Origin: Lachnospiraceae bacterium
GTDB lineage: Bacteria; Bacillota; Clostridia; Lachnospirales; Lachnospiraceae
Direction of reading: 5' to 3'
Assembly: GCA_017469935.1 (NCBI GenBank)
Contig: JAFUFL010000022.1
Span: 104,197-168,196, forward strand
DNA length: 64,000 nt
Every line of letters starts with the position of its first letter. Within the stretch, counting starts at the first letter, position 1. The position numbers and the translations under genes are program-made. Positions 27,977 to 37,539 of the stretch are shown piece by piece. The notes under the pieces are model-generated. The model did no database searches and had not been told where the DNA came from. It worked only from the letters and a program-made list of their open reading frames with translations.

Positions 27977-30178
27977 ATGGGGACGGAAATTATTGATTTC
28001 AGAAATCCGCAGTATTACATAAACAGAGAACTGAGCTGGATCGAATTCGACAGAAGGTGCCTGAGCGACGCGCGCAACAAAGAGAACCCTCTGCTCGAGA
28101 GGCTGAAGTTCCTGAGCATCACCGCTTCGAATCTTGACGAATTCTTCATGGTGAGAGTGGCTTCTCTCAGGGATATGGTGCAGGCCGGCTATAAGAAGAA
28201 GGACATCGCCGGAATGACGGCGTCCGAGCAGCTGTCCGCGGTCCTTGAAGAGACCCATACTTTCATGCAGCAGCAGTACTGGACGCTGAACAGGCAGCTC
28301 CTTCCCGCTTTGGAGCAGCACAAAATCAGCATTGTGCGTGACCTCGACAAGCTCTCCAAAGCGGATCTCCGCTTCGTGGAGGACTACTTTATCAGCAATG
28401 TTTTCCCGGTTCTGACTCCGATGGCGGTGGACAGTTCGCGGCCTTTCCCGCTGATCCGCAACAAAAGTCTCAATATCGGGGCCCTTCTGACCAGGAAGGA
28501 GACGGCCTCTCCCGGCATTCTGAGCACCGGCAAAAAAGCGAAGAAGTCCGGTAAAAGCCCCAAGACCAAATACGAATTCGCCACGGTCCAGGTCCCCGGC
28601 GTCCTGCCCAGGATCCTGGTTCTTCCAAGGCTCGATGACGAGCCCGCCAGACTTGTGCTTTTAGAGGATATCATCCGCCGGTTCCTGCCCATGCTTTTCG
28701 TAAATTACGAGATCAAATGCGCGGGACCTTACAGGATCATGAGAAGCGCGGACCTTGAGATTGCCGAAGATGAGGCGGAAGATCTGCTCAAGGAGATCCA
28801 GAAGCAGCTCAAAAAGCGGCAGAGAGGCGACGCCATCCGGCTGGAAGTGGAAAAGGGCATCGATGAGCAGCTGCTGCGCCTGCTCATGACGGAGCTTTCT
28901 CTGGACAAGGATTATGTCTACGAGGCAGACGGCCCGCTGGACCTCACTTATCTGATGAAGGCGTACGGGATCGAGGGACATGACGAGCTGCGGGAGCACC
29001 GATATGCCGCGCCCCAGGTCGTTCCCGAATTTCCCGCCGGCTGTGATATTTTCGAGCAGATCCGAAAGGGAGATGTCTTCATGCATCACCCTTATCAGAC
29101 TTTTGACCCGGTTGTACAATTCGTGGCGGCGGCCGCCGTGGATCCCAACGTCCTGGCGATCAAGCAGACCCTCTACCGCGTAAGCGGCCATTCTCCGATC
29201 ATCGCCGCGCTTGCCCGCGCCGCGGAAAACGGAAAACAGGTCACCGTGCTGGTTGAGCTCAAGGCCAGATTTGACGAAGAGAACAATATTGAATGGGCCA
29301 AGCAGCTTGAAAAAGCCGGCTGCCACGTCATATACGGTCTGCAGAACCTCAAAACCCACAGTAAGATCACGCTGGTCGTCCGAAGAGAAGAGGACGGCAT
29401 CCGAAGATATGTACACCTGGGAACGGGAAATTACAACGATTCAACGGCAAAGCTCTATACGGACGTGGGACTTATGACCTGCAGCGATGCCATCGGCGAG
29501 GACGCGACCGCCGTCTTCAATATGCTGTCCGGCTATTCGGAGCCCAGGTTCTGGAACAAGCTCTCGCTGGCTCCTCTCTGGCTCAAGGACCGGTTCATCA
29601 ACCTGATCGGACGCGAGCGCAGGCATGCCGAGAACGGGGAAACCGCTCATATCATCGCCAAGATGAACTCTCTGTGCGATCCCGATGTGATGGAGGCCCT
29701 CTACAAAGCGAGCGCGGCGGGAGTGGAGATCGAGCTGATCGTCAGGGGAATCTGCTGCATCCGGCCCGGGATCCCCGGAGTGAGCGACAATATCACGGTG
29801 CGCTCGATCGTGGGCAACTATCTGGAACACAGCAGGATTTACTATTTTGAAAACGGAGGTTCCCCCGAGATCTTTGCCGCCAGCGCCGACTGGATGCCGC
29901 GAAATCTCGACAGGCGCGTGGAGATCATGTTCCCGCTCGAAGACGGAAAGATCAAAGAAAAAGCTCTCCATATCCTGCAGCTCGAGCTGGAGGACACGGT
30001 GAAAGCGCACATCCTTCGAAGCGACGGCACCTATGACCGCGTGGACAAGAGAGGGAAGGAACTGATCAATTCCCAGCTTCAGTTCTGCGCAGAGGCTGTA
30101 AAAGAGGCTTCCGCGCTCAAAAGCGGCAGGGATAACCGCACCTTTATTCCCAAGGAACCCGTTGCCGCTAAGGAGTGA
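27977..30178 (+). CDS. ppk: Polyphosphate kinase 1
   Basis: 733 aa from ATG 27977. YINRELSWIEFDRRCL N-terminus, FLSITASNLDEFFMVR, autophosphorylation region KTHSKITLV, and two PLD-like HKD-related domains (HLGTGNYN; YLEHSRIY). Confidence 0.95.
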   Translation: MGTEIIDFRNPQYYINRELSWIEFDRRCLSDARNKENPLLERLKFLSITASNLDEFFMVRVASLRDMVQAGYKKKDIAGMTASEQLSAVLEETHTFMQQQYWTLNRQLLPALEQHKISIVRDLDKLSKADLRFVEDYFISNVFPVLTPMAVDSSRPFPLIRNKSLNIGALLTRKETASPGILSTGKKAKKSGKSPKTKYEFATVQVPGVLPRILVLPRLDDEPARLVLLEDIIRRFLPMLFVNYEIKCAGPYRIMRSADLEIAEDEAEDLLKEIQKQLKKRQRGDAIRLEVEKGIDEQLLRLLMTELSLDKDYVYEADGPLDLTYLMKAYGIEGHDELREHRYAAPQVVPEFPAGCDIFEQIRKGDVFMHHPYQTFDPVVQFVAAAAVDPNVLAIKQTLYRVSGHSPIIAALARAAENGKQVTVLVELKARFDEENNIEWAKQLEKAGCHVIYGLQNLKTHSKITLVVRREEDGIRRYVHLGTGNYNDSTAKLYTDVGLMTCSDAIGEDATAVFNMLSGYSEPRFWNKLSLAPLWLKDRFINLIGRERRHAENGETAHIIAKMNSLCDPDVMEALYKASAAGVEIELIVRGICCIRPGIPGVSDNITVRSIVGNYLEHSRIYYFENGGSPEIFAASADWMPRNLDRRVEIMFPLEDGKIKEKALHILQLELEDTVKAHILRSDGTYDRVDKRGKELINSQLQFCAEAVKEASALKSGRDNRTFIPKEPVAAKE

Positions 30179-30373
30179 GGGTGATGGCGAAAGTCTCCCT
30201 CCGCCGGCATGCTCGCGCGTGCGGAAAACAGGATTGCGCCCCACCGGCGGCCGGCGGGGCAGTCCTTAACTTTTCTAAACCGAGTTAACATTTTATATGC
30301 TTTATGGTATCCTTGTTTTATATATGGGCACCAGCTGCAGGCAATATGCCTCAATGAACAGGAGGGCGCAGTT

Positions 30374-31507
30374 ATGGCACAGGAATCCGTTATAAAGAAC
30401 ACACCTGCTGACCACAAAACCGGTTACGAATACGAAAAAGGCGCTAAATTCGTCGCGTATGTCTCTTCCTACACAAGAGGAAAGGGACAGAAGTACGGGA
30501 TCCGAATCTATGATGTGGATATGGAAAACGGCTATCTGACCGAGAAAAATCAGATCGAAATATCAAATTCATCCTACGTGACAATTTCGCACAACAGAAA
30601 ATTTCTGTATTCGATCACCGATTTCGGTATAGAGGCTTACAAGATCGTAAAGGGCGGGAACCTCGAGAAACTCGGTCTTGCTTCCATAAACGGAATGAGA
30701 GGATCCTACCTCTCCACGGACTATGAGGACGAATTTCTCTTCGTTGCCGGCTATCACGACGGCAAGATCACGGTACTCAGGCTCCGGGAAGACGGCTCGG
30801 TGGGAGAAATCTGCGACGAGCTCTTTCTCAAGGGACTGGGGAGCATAGCGGAGCGCAATTTCCGGCCGCATGTGCAGTGCGTGAAAATGACGAGAGACAA
30901 CCGCTTCCTTCTGGCCGCGGATCTCGGAATGGACCACGTCAATGTATATACGCTCAACAGAAAGAGCGGACATATCAGACAGTGTGCGATCCTCCACTCC
31001 GAGCTGGAATCGGCTCCGAGGCATATCAAGTTCTCGAAGGACGGTCATTTCCTCTATGTCGTCCATGAGCTCAAGAATATTATTGACGTCTATTTCTATC
31101 ATGAGGTGGACGGAGCTCCGGATTTTGAGAAGATCCAGACTGTATCGACGCTCAACAACTATCACGCGACCGGATCCGCCGCAAGCGCGCTGAACTTCTC
31201 CTCGGACTTCCGGTACCTGATCAGTTCCAACGCGGGCGATAATTCCGTGATCATCTTCCGGATCGACCCGGACAACGGATATCTCTACAAGATCCTCTGC
31301 CTGCCCATCAGCGGCGAGTACCCCAAGGACGCGGCGCTCTTCCCGGACAACAGGCATCTGGTCTCTCTCAACCACGAGTCCAATACCATGACATTCTTCA
31401 GCGTCGATCTGGACAAGGGACTTTTGGTCATGCACGGCAAGGAGATCCAGATCGACAAGCCCAACTGCATTATCTTCCACAAGCTGCAGGACGAGCAGGT
31501 CGACTGA
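30374..31507 (+). CDS. Seven-bladed beta-propeller lactonase-family protein (6-phosphogluconolactonase-like)
   Basis: 377 aa from ATG 30374 (RBS GGAGGG). Repeated blade-like segments (PRHIKFSKDGHFLYVVHEL, ALNFSSDFRYLISSNAGDNSV, DAALFPDNRHLVSLNHESNTM). The substrate is not inferable. Confidence 0.65.
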   Translation: MAQESVIKNTPADHKTGYEYEKGAKFVAYVSSYTRGKGQKYGIRIYDVDMENGYLTEKNQIEISNSSYVTISHNRKFLYSITDFGIEAYKIVKGGNLEKLGLASINGMRGSYLSTDYEDEFLFVAGYHDGKITVLRLREDGSVGEICDELFLKGLGSIAERNFRPHVQCVKMTRDNRFLLAADLGMDHVNVYTLNRKSGHIRQCAILHSELESAPRHIKFSKDGHFLYVVHELKNIIDVYFYHEVDGAPDFEKIQTVSTLNNYHATGSAASALNFSSDFRYLISSNAGDNSVIIFRIDPDNGYLYKILCLPISGEYPKDAALFPDNRHLVSLNHESNTMTFFSVDLDKGLLVMHGKEIQIDKPNCIIFHKLQDEQVD

Positions 31508-31523
31508 AGATACGAAGATAAGG

Positions 31524-31553
31524 GCCGCGCGGCGGCTCGCTCTGCGTGCCTTT
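31524..31553 (+). repeat. REP-like palindromic intergenic repeat, copy C
   Basis: gccgcgcggcggctcgctctgcgtgccttt. 31527-31552 is 25/26 identical to 13146-13171; the single change disrupts one stem pair. Confidence 0.8.
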
Positions 31554-31586
31554 GGCAGCGCGTTTTCATACTGTGACTTCTGATTT

Positions 31587-31624
31587 CTCAGTGGCGGGGC
31601 AAAACCTGTCACTGAGTTTTATCT
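31587..31624 (+). terminator. Intrinsic terminator downstream of the lactonase gene
   Basis: ctcagtggcggg / cctgtcactgag 12-bp stem (two G.U pairs) with a 6-nt loop, followed by ttttatct. Confidence 0.55.
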
Positions 31625-31714
31625 CAGAGGGAAGATTCTCACTTCCCGCAAGCGGAGAATTAAAAAAAGCGATACACAAAAATCTGTGCATTTATATGAT
31701 AGGAGAACTGACCT

Positions 31715-32827
31715 ATGGCATCAGGCTCTGAATTTGGTTCCATACTGCGCCTCACGACCTGGGGCGAGTCTCACGGCGCCGGAATCGGCGCCGTTCTCGA
31801 CGGTTTTCCGGCCGGAATGGAGCTTTCGCAAAGTGATATACAGAAATATCTCGACCGGAGAAAACCGGGACGGACCGCCATCGCAACGCCACGGAAAGAG
31901 GCGGATGAAGTCGAGATCCTGTCCGGTGTATTCGAGGGAAGAACAACGGGAACGCCCATTTCCCTTCTGATCCGGAACACCTCGCAGCGGTCCGGGGACT
32001 ACGGCAATCTCAAGGACTGCTTCCGGCCCGGGCACGCAGACTATACCTATTTCAGCAAATACGGCTTTCGCGATTACCGCGGCGGCGGGCGCTCGAGCGC
32101 GAGAGAGACGGCCGGCCGTGTGGCGGCCGGAGCCATTGCCGCCAAGTTTCTCGGGGAGCTGGGCGTGAACTTATGCGCCTACACAAAAGCGATCGGTCCG
32201 GTCTCCATCGACGAATCCCGCTTTGACGCCGCCCTGATCACACAGACGAGCACGTGTATGCCCGATGCGGCCGCGGACCGGGAGGCGCTTGCCTATCTGG
32301 AAAACTGCATGGCGCAGAAGGACTCCGCGGGCGGCGTGATCGAGTGCCGGATCACCGGTGTTCCCGCCGGAATCGGCGACCCGGTCTTTGACAAGCTGGA
32401 CGCCAGGATCGCCCAGGCGCTCATGTCCATAGGCGCCGTGAAGGCGGTCGAGATCGGAGACGGCACAGAGGCGGCCCGGGCGAGCGGCTCTTCCAATAAT
32501 GACGCCTTCTTCATGGACGGGGACACGGTCTCCAAGCGCACCAATCACGCGGGCGGGATCCTGGGAGGCATTTCCGACGGGTCTCCGATCCTTTGCAGAG
32601 TCCATGTCAAGCCCACTCCCTCGATCTTCCGGGAGCAGGAGACCGTGGATGAGAGCGGCCGCGAGAGGACGCTCCTCATCAAAGGAAGACATGACCCCGT
32701 GGTGGTCCCGAGAGCGGTCGTGGTCGTGGAGTGCATGTGCGCGCTCACTGTTTTGGATGCGATGCTGGCGAACATGACCAGCCGCGCCGACACCGTCAGG
32801 GACTTTTACAACACAAGGAAGCAGTAA
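31715..32827 (+). CDS. aroC: Chorismate synthase
   Basis: 370 aa. FGSILRLTTWGESHG, RPGHADYTY, GGGRSSARETA, and GGISDGSPI. Confidence 0.95.
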   Translation: MASGSEFGSILRLTTWGESHGAGIGAVLDGFPAGMELSQSDIQKYLDRRKPGRTAIATPRKEADEVEILSGVFEGRTTGTPISLLIRNTSQRSGDYGNLKDCFRPGHADYTYFSKYGFRDYRGGGRSSARETAGRVAAGAIAAKFLGELGVNLCAYTKAIGPVSIDESRFDAALITQTSTCMPDAAADREALAYLENCMAQKDSAGGVIECRITGVPAGIGDPVFDKLDARIAQALMSIGAVKAVEIGDGTEAARASGSSNNDAFFMDGDTVSKRTNHAGGILGGISDGSPILCRVHVKPTPSIFREQETVDESGRERTLLIKGRHDPVVVPRAVVVVECMCALTVLDAMLANMTSRADTVRDFYNTRKQ

Positions 32828-32831
32828 TTAT

Positions 32832-33980
32832 ATGACAAAAATGAAATATGAGATCATCAAACAGGAAGGGATGGCCAAGCGGGCCCGCATGGAGACCGTG
32901 CACGGGACGATCGAGACGCCCGTCTTCATGAACGTCGCGACGGCGGCCGCCATCAAGGGAGGCCTGTCCGCGGACGACCTGCGGAGCATCGATACGCAGG
33001 TGGCGCTCTGCAACACCTACCACCTTCACGTAAGGCCGGGGGACGAGACCGTTTACAAACTCGGCGGGCTCCACCGCTTCATGCGCTGGGACAAACCCAT
33101 CCTTACGGATTCGGGCGGCTTTCAGGTCTTCTCGCTGGCCGACCTTCGCAAGATCAAGGAAGAGGGCGTCACGTTCCACTCCCATATCGACGGAGCAAGG
33201 ATCTTTATGGGGCCCGAGGAGAGCATGCGGATCCAGTCCCATCTGGCTTCCACCATCGCCATGGCCTTCGACGAATGTCCGCCCAGCCACGCGGAGCGTG
33301 ATTATGTGGAGAGAAGCGTGGCGCGCACGACCAGATGGCTGGACCGGTGCAAAAAAGAGATGGCGCGCCTGAACAGTCTTGAGGAGACGATCAATAAAGA
33401 CCAGCTTCTGTTCGGCATCAACCAGGGCGCCGTCTACCCCGATATCCGGATCGATCACGCGAAGCAGATCTCGGAAATGGACCTGGACGGCTACGCCGTC
33501 GGCGGCCTGGCCGTGGGAGAGACCCACGCCGAGATGTATGAGATCCTGGACGCGGTCGTCCCGCATCTTCCCAGGAACAAGCCCACTTATCTGATGGGCG
33601 TGGGCACGCCGCAGAACATTATCGAGGGCGTGGCCCGAGGGATCGATTTCTTCGACTGTGTCTATCCCAGCAGAAACGGACGGCACGGAAACCTTTACAC
33701 GAACAAGGGAACCGTCCGGATCAACAACGCCAGGTATGCGCTCGATCCAAGGCCCATCGAAGAGGGCTGCGGGTGTCCGGTCTGCAGGGCCGGTTACTCC
33801 AGAGGATACATCCGGCACCTGGTAAAGGCGCAGGAGACCCTGGGACTAAGGATGTGTGTCATGCACAATCTCTATTTTTACAACAACCTGATGACACAGA
33901 TCCGCGAGGCGATCGATACCGGAACTTTCGCCGCCTTCCGAAAGAGAAAGCTGGAGGAGCTGGAAGGAGACGGAGATTGA
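32832..33980 (+). CDS. tgt: tRNA-guanine(34) transglycosylase (queuine tRNA-ribosyltransferase)
   Basis: 382 aa. ILTDSGGFQVFS, GLAVGE, YLMGVGTP, and the zinc site CGCPVC...H. Confidence 0.95.
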   Translation: MTKMKYEIIKQEGMAKRARMETVHGTIETPVFMNVATAAAIKGGLSADDLRSIDTQVALCNTYHLHVRPGDETVYKLGGLHRFMRWDKPILTDSGGFQVFSLADLRKIKEEGVTFHSHIDGARIFMGPEESMRIQSHLASTIAMAFDECPPSHAERDYVERSVARTTRWLDRCKKEMARLNSLEETINKDQLLFGINQGAVYPDIRIDHAKQISEMDLDGYAVGGLAVGETHAEMYEILDAVVPHLPRNKPTYLMGVGTPQNIIEGVARGIDFFDCVYPSRNGRHGNLYTNKGTVRINNARYALDPRPIEEGCGCPVCRAGYSRGYIRHLVKAQETLGLRMCVMHNLYFYNNLMTQIREAIDTGTFAAFRKRKLEELEGDGD

Positions 33981-34103
33981 CGGTTCCGGCTTCATTTATA
34001 CTTCATTTAGATAAATTGGCATTGAAAAACCATTGACGGTTGTTGTATGATAGGTTTCAAATGATTTAGAGGCGCTGCAATGCGCGATTGGAGGTACATA
34101 ATT

Positions 34104-34427
34104 ATGAATGGTTTCATGTTGACCGCGGCATCCACCCCCATATTCACAATCCTGTATATGGCAGTCATTGTCGGTTTCTTCTATTTCTTCCTGATCAGAC
34201 CGCAGAGAAAAGAGCAGAAAGAGAAACAGGCAATGATCAACTCACTGGCTGTAGGTGACAGCGTACTCACGACGGCAGGATTCTACGGAGTGGTGATCGA
34301 CATGACAGAGGACACCGTAATCGTTGAATTCGGCAACAACAAGAATTGCCGTATCCCGATGCAGAAGGCGGCGATCGTTCAGATCGAAAAACCTGAGGAT
34401 GCCCTCGAATCAACAGATGAAAAATAA
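34104..34427 (+). CDS. yajC: Preprotein translocase subunit YajC
   Basis: 107 aa from ATG 34104 (GGAGG 9 nt upstream). Single TM helix, then FFLIRPQRKEQKEKQAMINSLAVGDSVLTTAGFYGVV. The conserved tgt-yajC order supports the call. Confidence 0.85.
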   Translation: MNGFMLTAASTPIFTILYMAVIVGFFYFFLIRPQRKEQKEKQAMINSLAVGDSVLTTAGFYGVVIDMTEDTVIVEFGNNKNCRIPMQKAAIVQIEKPEDALESTDEK

Positions 34428-34441
34428 TAAATGCTAAGTCT

Positions 34442-34473
34442 GAAGGCATGTGCGGGGCACATGCCTTCTATTT
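34442..34473 (+). terminator. Intrinsic terminator after yajC
   Basis: Perfect 12-bp stem gaaggcatgtgc-ggg-gcacatgccttc followed by tattt. Confidence 0.7.
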
Positions 34474-34499
34474 GGTATATCCGATACGATCAATATAAT
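34472..34499 (+). promoter_or_regulatory. Putative promoter TTGGTA-16-TATAAT for leuB
   Basis: TTGGTA at 34472-34477 and TATAAT at 34494-34499, about 60 nt upstream of leuB. Confidence 0.5.
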
Positions 34500-34561
34500 T
34501 CAAATTTCTCACCATAGAGATTATTATTTTTCATCTTTAAAAGAGATGGGGACGGAGGTAA

Positions 34562-35662
34562 ATGAATTTGAACAAGAATATCGCAGTGATCGCCGGAGAC
34601 GGCATCGGACCCGAGATCGTGGCAGAAGCCAAAAAAGTGCTGGACAGAGTCTGTGAGAAATACGGGCACACTTTTGTCTACACGGATGTCCTCATGGGAG
34701 GATGCTCGATCGACGCAAACGGAGTTCCGCTCACGGATGAGGCCATAGAAATCTGCAAGGAGAGCGACGCGGTGCTCATGGGATCCATCGGCGGCGACGC
34801 GGCCACATCTCCCTGGTATAAGCTGGCGCCGGAGCTTCGCCCGGAAGCGGGACTGTTAAAGCTCCGCAAGTCTCTCAATCTTTACTGCAACCTCCGGCCT
34901 GCCTATCTCTTCAAAGAGCTGGCGGACTCCTGCCCGCTGGCCGCCAAGGAGGGCGGAAGGAATTTCGACCTGGTGATCTGCAGAGAGCTCACGGGTGGTC
35001 TCTATTTTGGCGATCGGTACACGAAGGAAGTGGACGGCGTCACGACGGCAGTTGACACGGCGGTTTACAACGTAAACGAAATCCGCCGCATCGCGGTAAA
35101 GGCCTTCGAGATTGCCATGAAGAGGGGCAGGAGAGTGTGCAGCGTGGACAAGGCCAACGTGCTCGACACATCCAGGCTCTGGAGAAAAGTCGTCGCAGAG
35201 GTCGCGGAGAACTATCCCGAAGTGGAGCTCTCCAACATGCTGGTGGACAACTGCGCCATGCAGCTGGTCAAGAACCCCGAGCAGTTCGACGTGATCGTGA
35301 CGGGCAATATGTTCGGCGACATTCTCTCCGACGAAGCGAGCATGATCACGGGCTCCATCGGAATGCTCTCGTCGGCGTCGTTGAGCGACGGAAGCTTCGG
35401 CCTCTATGAGCCCAGCCACGGAAGCGCTCCGGACATTGCGGGACTTGGCATCGCAAACCCCATCGCCACTATTTTGTCGGCGGCCATGATGCTCCGCTAC
35501 AGCTTCGGGCTTCTCGAAGAAGCGGATGCCGTAGAGGCAGCCGTCAAGCAGACGCTGGCGGACGGATACAGAAGCATCGACCTGATGCCCCGCACCGGCG
35601 CGGAAGGTCTTGTCAGCCAGAACTGCAGCGAGCTGGGAGACCGGATCTGCGAGAGGATCTGA
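34562..35662 (+). CDS. leuB: 3-isopropylmalate dehydrogenase
   Basis: 366 aa. IAVIAGDGIGPEIV, RELTGGLYFG, DKANVL, and NMFGDILSDEASMITGSIGM. Confidence 0.92.
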   Translation: MNLNKNIAVIAGDGIGPEIVAEAKKVLDRVCEKYGHTFVYTDVLMGGCSIDANGVPLTDEAIEICKESDAVLMGSIGGDAATSPWYKLAPELRPEAGLLKLRKSLNLYCNLRPAYLFKELADSCPLAAKEGGRNFDLVICRELTGGLYFGDRYTKEVDGVTTAVDTAVYNVNEIRRIAVKAFEIAMKRGRRVCSVDKANVLDTSRLWRKVVAEVAENYPEVELSNMLVDNCAMQLVKNPEQFDVIVTGNMFGDILSDEASMITGSIGMLSSASLSDGSFGLYEPSHGSAPDIAGLGIANPIATILSAAMMLRYSFGLLEEADAVEAAVKQTLADGYRSIDLMPRTGAEGLVSQNCSELGDRICERI

Positions 35663-35695
35663 CATTTCTCCCGCTCGGAACATTGTTCTTACTAA

Positions 35696-35755
35696 AAGTA
35701 ATATTTCAAAAAGTAATAGTTCAAAGCAATATTTCGAATCAATATTATTATTCAG
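35696..35755 (+). repeat. AT-rich direct repeats (~15-bp period) in the leuB-ilvD intergenic region
   Basis: aaagtaatatttcaa / aaagtaatagttcaa are adjacent with 1 mismatch. Degenerate units agcaatatttcgaa / tcaatattattattc follow. AATATT-N7-AATATT lies within. Confidence 0.6.
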
Positions 35756-35797
35756 AGCATTGCTCATACGCAGGACAAGGAAGGAAAGGTATAGAAA

Positions 35798-37474
35798 ATG
35801 AAAAGTGACAGCGTCAAAAAAGGAATTTCACAGGCACCTCACAGAAGTCTCTTCAACGCGCTCGGCTACACGGAGGAGGAGAGAAGGCGCCCGATGATCG
35901 GTATCGTCAGCTCCTACAACGAGATCGTGCCCGGTCACATGAACCTCGATAAGATCACCGAAGCCGTCAGGCTCGGCGTCGCCATGGCGGGCGGCATGCC
36001 CGTTGTCTTCCCCGCGATCGCAGTCTGCGACGGTATCGCCATGGGCCACATCGGCATGAAGTACTCCCTGGTCACCAGAGACCTGATCGCCGATTCCACG
36101 GAGTGCATGGCCAAGGCGCACGGCTTTGACGGACTGGTCATGATCCCCAACTGCGACAAGAACGTCCCCGGCCTTCTGATGGCGGCGGCTCGCATCAATA
36201 TTCCCACCATCTTTGTGTCCGGCGGTCCCATGCTGGCCGGCCATATCGACGGCCGCAAGAGAAGCCTCTCCTCCATGTTCGAGGCAGTCGGCGCGGTCGC
36301 AGCCGGAAAGATGACACAGGAGAAGCTCGCCGAGTACGAGGAAAAGGTCTGTCCCACATGCGGTTCCTGCTCCGGCATGTACACCGCGAACTCCATGAAC
36401 TGTCTGACAGAGACCATCGGCATGGGCCTTCAGGGCAACGGCACGATTCCCGCCGTCTACAGCGCGAGAATCCGTCTTGCCAAGCACGCCGGAATGAAGA
36501 TCATGGAGCTGGTGGAGAAGAACATCCGCCCCAAAGATATCATGACCAAGGACGCTTTCATGAACGCCCTGGCCATGGACATGGCTCTGGGATGCTCCAC
36601 AAACACAATGCTTCACCTTCCCGCCATCGCCCATGAGGCAGGCGTGGAGCTGAACATGGAAATTGCCAACCAGGTATCCGACAGAACGCCCAACCTCTGC
36701 CACCTGGCGCCGGCAGGCCCGACTTACATGGAGGACCTCAACGAGGCGGGCGGCGTCTACGCCGTTATGAACGAGCTTGCCAAGAAGGATCTGCTCAATC
36801 TCGACGTCATGACCGTCACCGGCAAGACCATGCGCGAAAATATTGAGGGCTGCGTCAATACAGACCCTTCCGTCATCCGTCCCATCGAGGATCCCTATAT
36901 GCCCAATGGCGGCATCGCCGTCCTCAAGGGCAACATCGCTCCCGATACGGGTATCGTCAAGAGAAGCGCCGTGCTTCCCGAGATGATGAAGCACGAAGGA
37001 CCGGCCAGAGTATTTGACTGCGAAGAAGACGCGATCGCGGCCATCACCGGCGGAAAGATCAATCCCGGCGACGTCGTCGTCATCCGCTACGAAGGCCCCA
37101 AGGGCGGCCCCGGCATGAGAGAGATGCTTAATCCCACTTCTGCGATCGCGGGCATGGGACTGGATTCCACCGTCGCCCTGATCACGGACGGAAGATTCTC
37201 CGGTGCGTCCCGCGGCGCTTCCATCGGCCATGTCTCCCCCGAGGCGGCCGTCGGCGGACCGATTGCCCTGATCCACGAAGGCGATATCATCTCCATCGAC
37301 ATCAATGCCAATAAGCTCAACGTCAAAGTATCCGATGAGGAACTGGCGCGCAGAAAGGCAGAGTGGAAGCCCCGTCAGCCCAAGGTCACCGACGGATATC
37401 TCAGGAGATATACAGCCCTTGTCACCAGCGGCAACCGCGGCGCCATCCTCGAGCTTCCCTCAGATATGCAGTGA
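35798..37474 (+). CDS. ilvD: Dihydroxy-acid dehydratase
   Basis: 558 aa. Fe-S ligand regions [17 protein letters not shown] and [13 protein letters not shown], plus the C-terminal ITDGRFSG. Confidence 0.95.
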   Translation: MKSDSVKKGISQAPHRSLFNALGYTEEERRRPMIGIVSSYNEIVPGHMNLDKITEAVRLGVAMAGGMPVVFPAIAVCDGIAMGHIGMKYSLVTRDLIADSTECMAKAHGFDGLVMIPNCDKNVPGLLMAAARINIPTIFVSGGPMLAGHIDGRKRSLSSMFEAVGAVAAGKMTQEKLAEYEEKVCPTCGSCSGMYTANSMNCLTETIGMGLQGNGTIPAVYSARIRLAKHAGMKIMELVEKNIRPKDIMTKDAFMNALAMDMALGCSTNTMLHLPAIAHEAGVELNMEIANQVSDRTPNLCHLAPAGPTYMEDLNEAGGVYAVMNELAKKDLLNLDVMTVTGKTMRENIEGCVNTDPSVIRPIEDPYMPNGGIAVLKGNIAPDTGIVKRSAVLPEMMKHEGPARVFDCEEDAIAAITGGKINPGDVVVIRYEGPKGGPGMREMLNPTSAIAGMGLDSTVALITDGRFSGASRGASIGHVSPEAAVGGPIALIHEGDIISIDINANKLNVKVSDEELARRKAEWKPRQPKVTDGYLRRYTALVTSGNRGAILELPSDMQ

Positions 37475-37486
37475 GACTTTCGTCTT

Positions 37487-37508
37487 CCCGCCTCCTCCGG
37501 GAGGCGGG
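37487..37508 (+). other. GC-rich 9-bp hairpin between ilvD and ilvB (no U-tract)
   Basis: cccgcctcc-tccg-ggaggcggg, followed by gagatct. Confidence 0.5.
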
Positions 37509-37539
37509 GAGATCTACGACCAGTAAGGGAGGAACCATA

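Noticed and set aside
37363-37539. Upstream extension of the ilvB ORF. Similar extensions occur at 30209-30373 (lactonase), 27947-27976 (ppk), 26350-26385 (ppx), 44466-44498 (asd), 34080-34103 (yajC) and 11494-11547 (permease).
   Set aside because: The extensions overlap upstream genes or intergenic structure and lack an RBS. In every case an internal ATG or GTG with a good SD coincides with the conserved N-terminus of the family.
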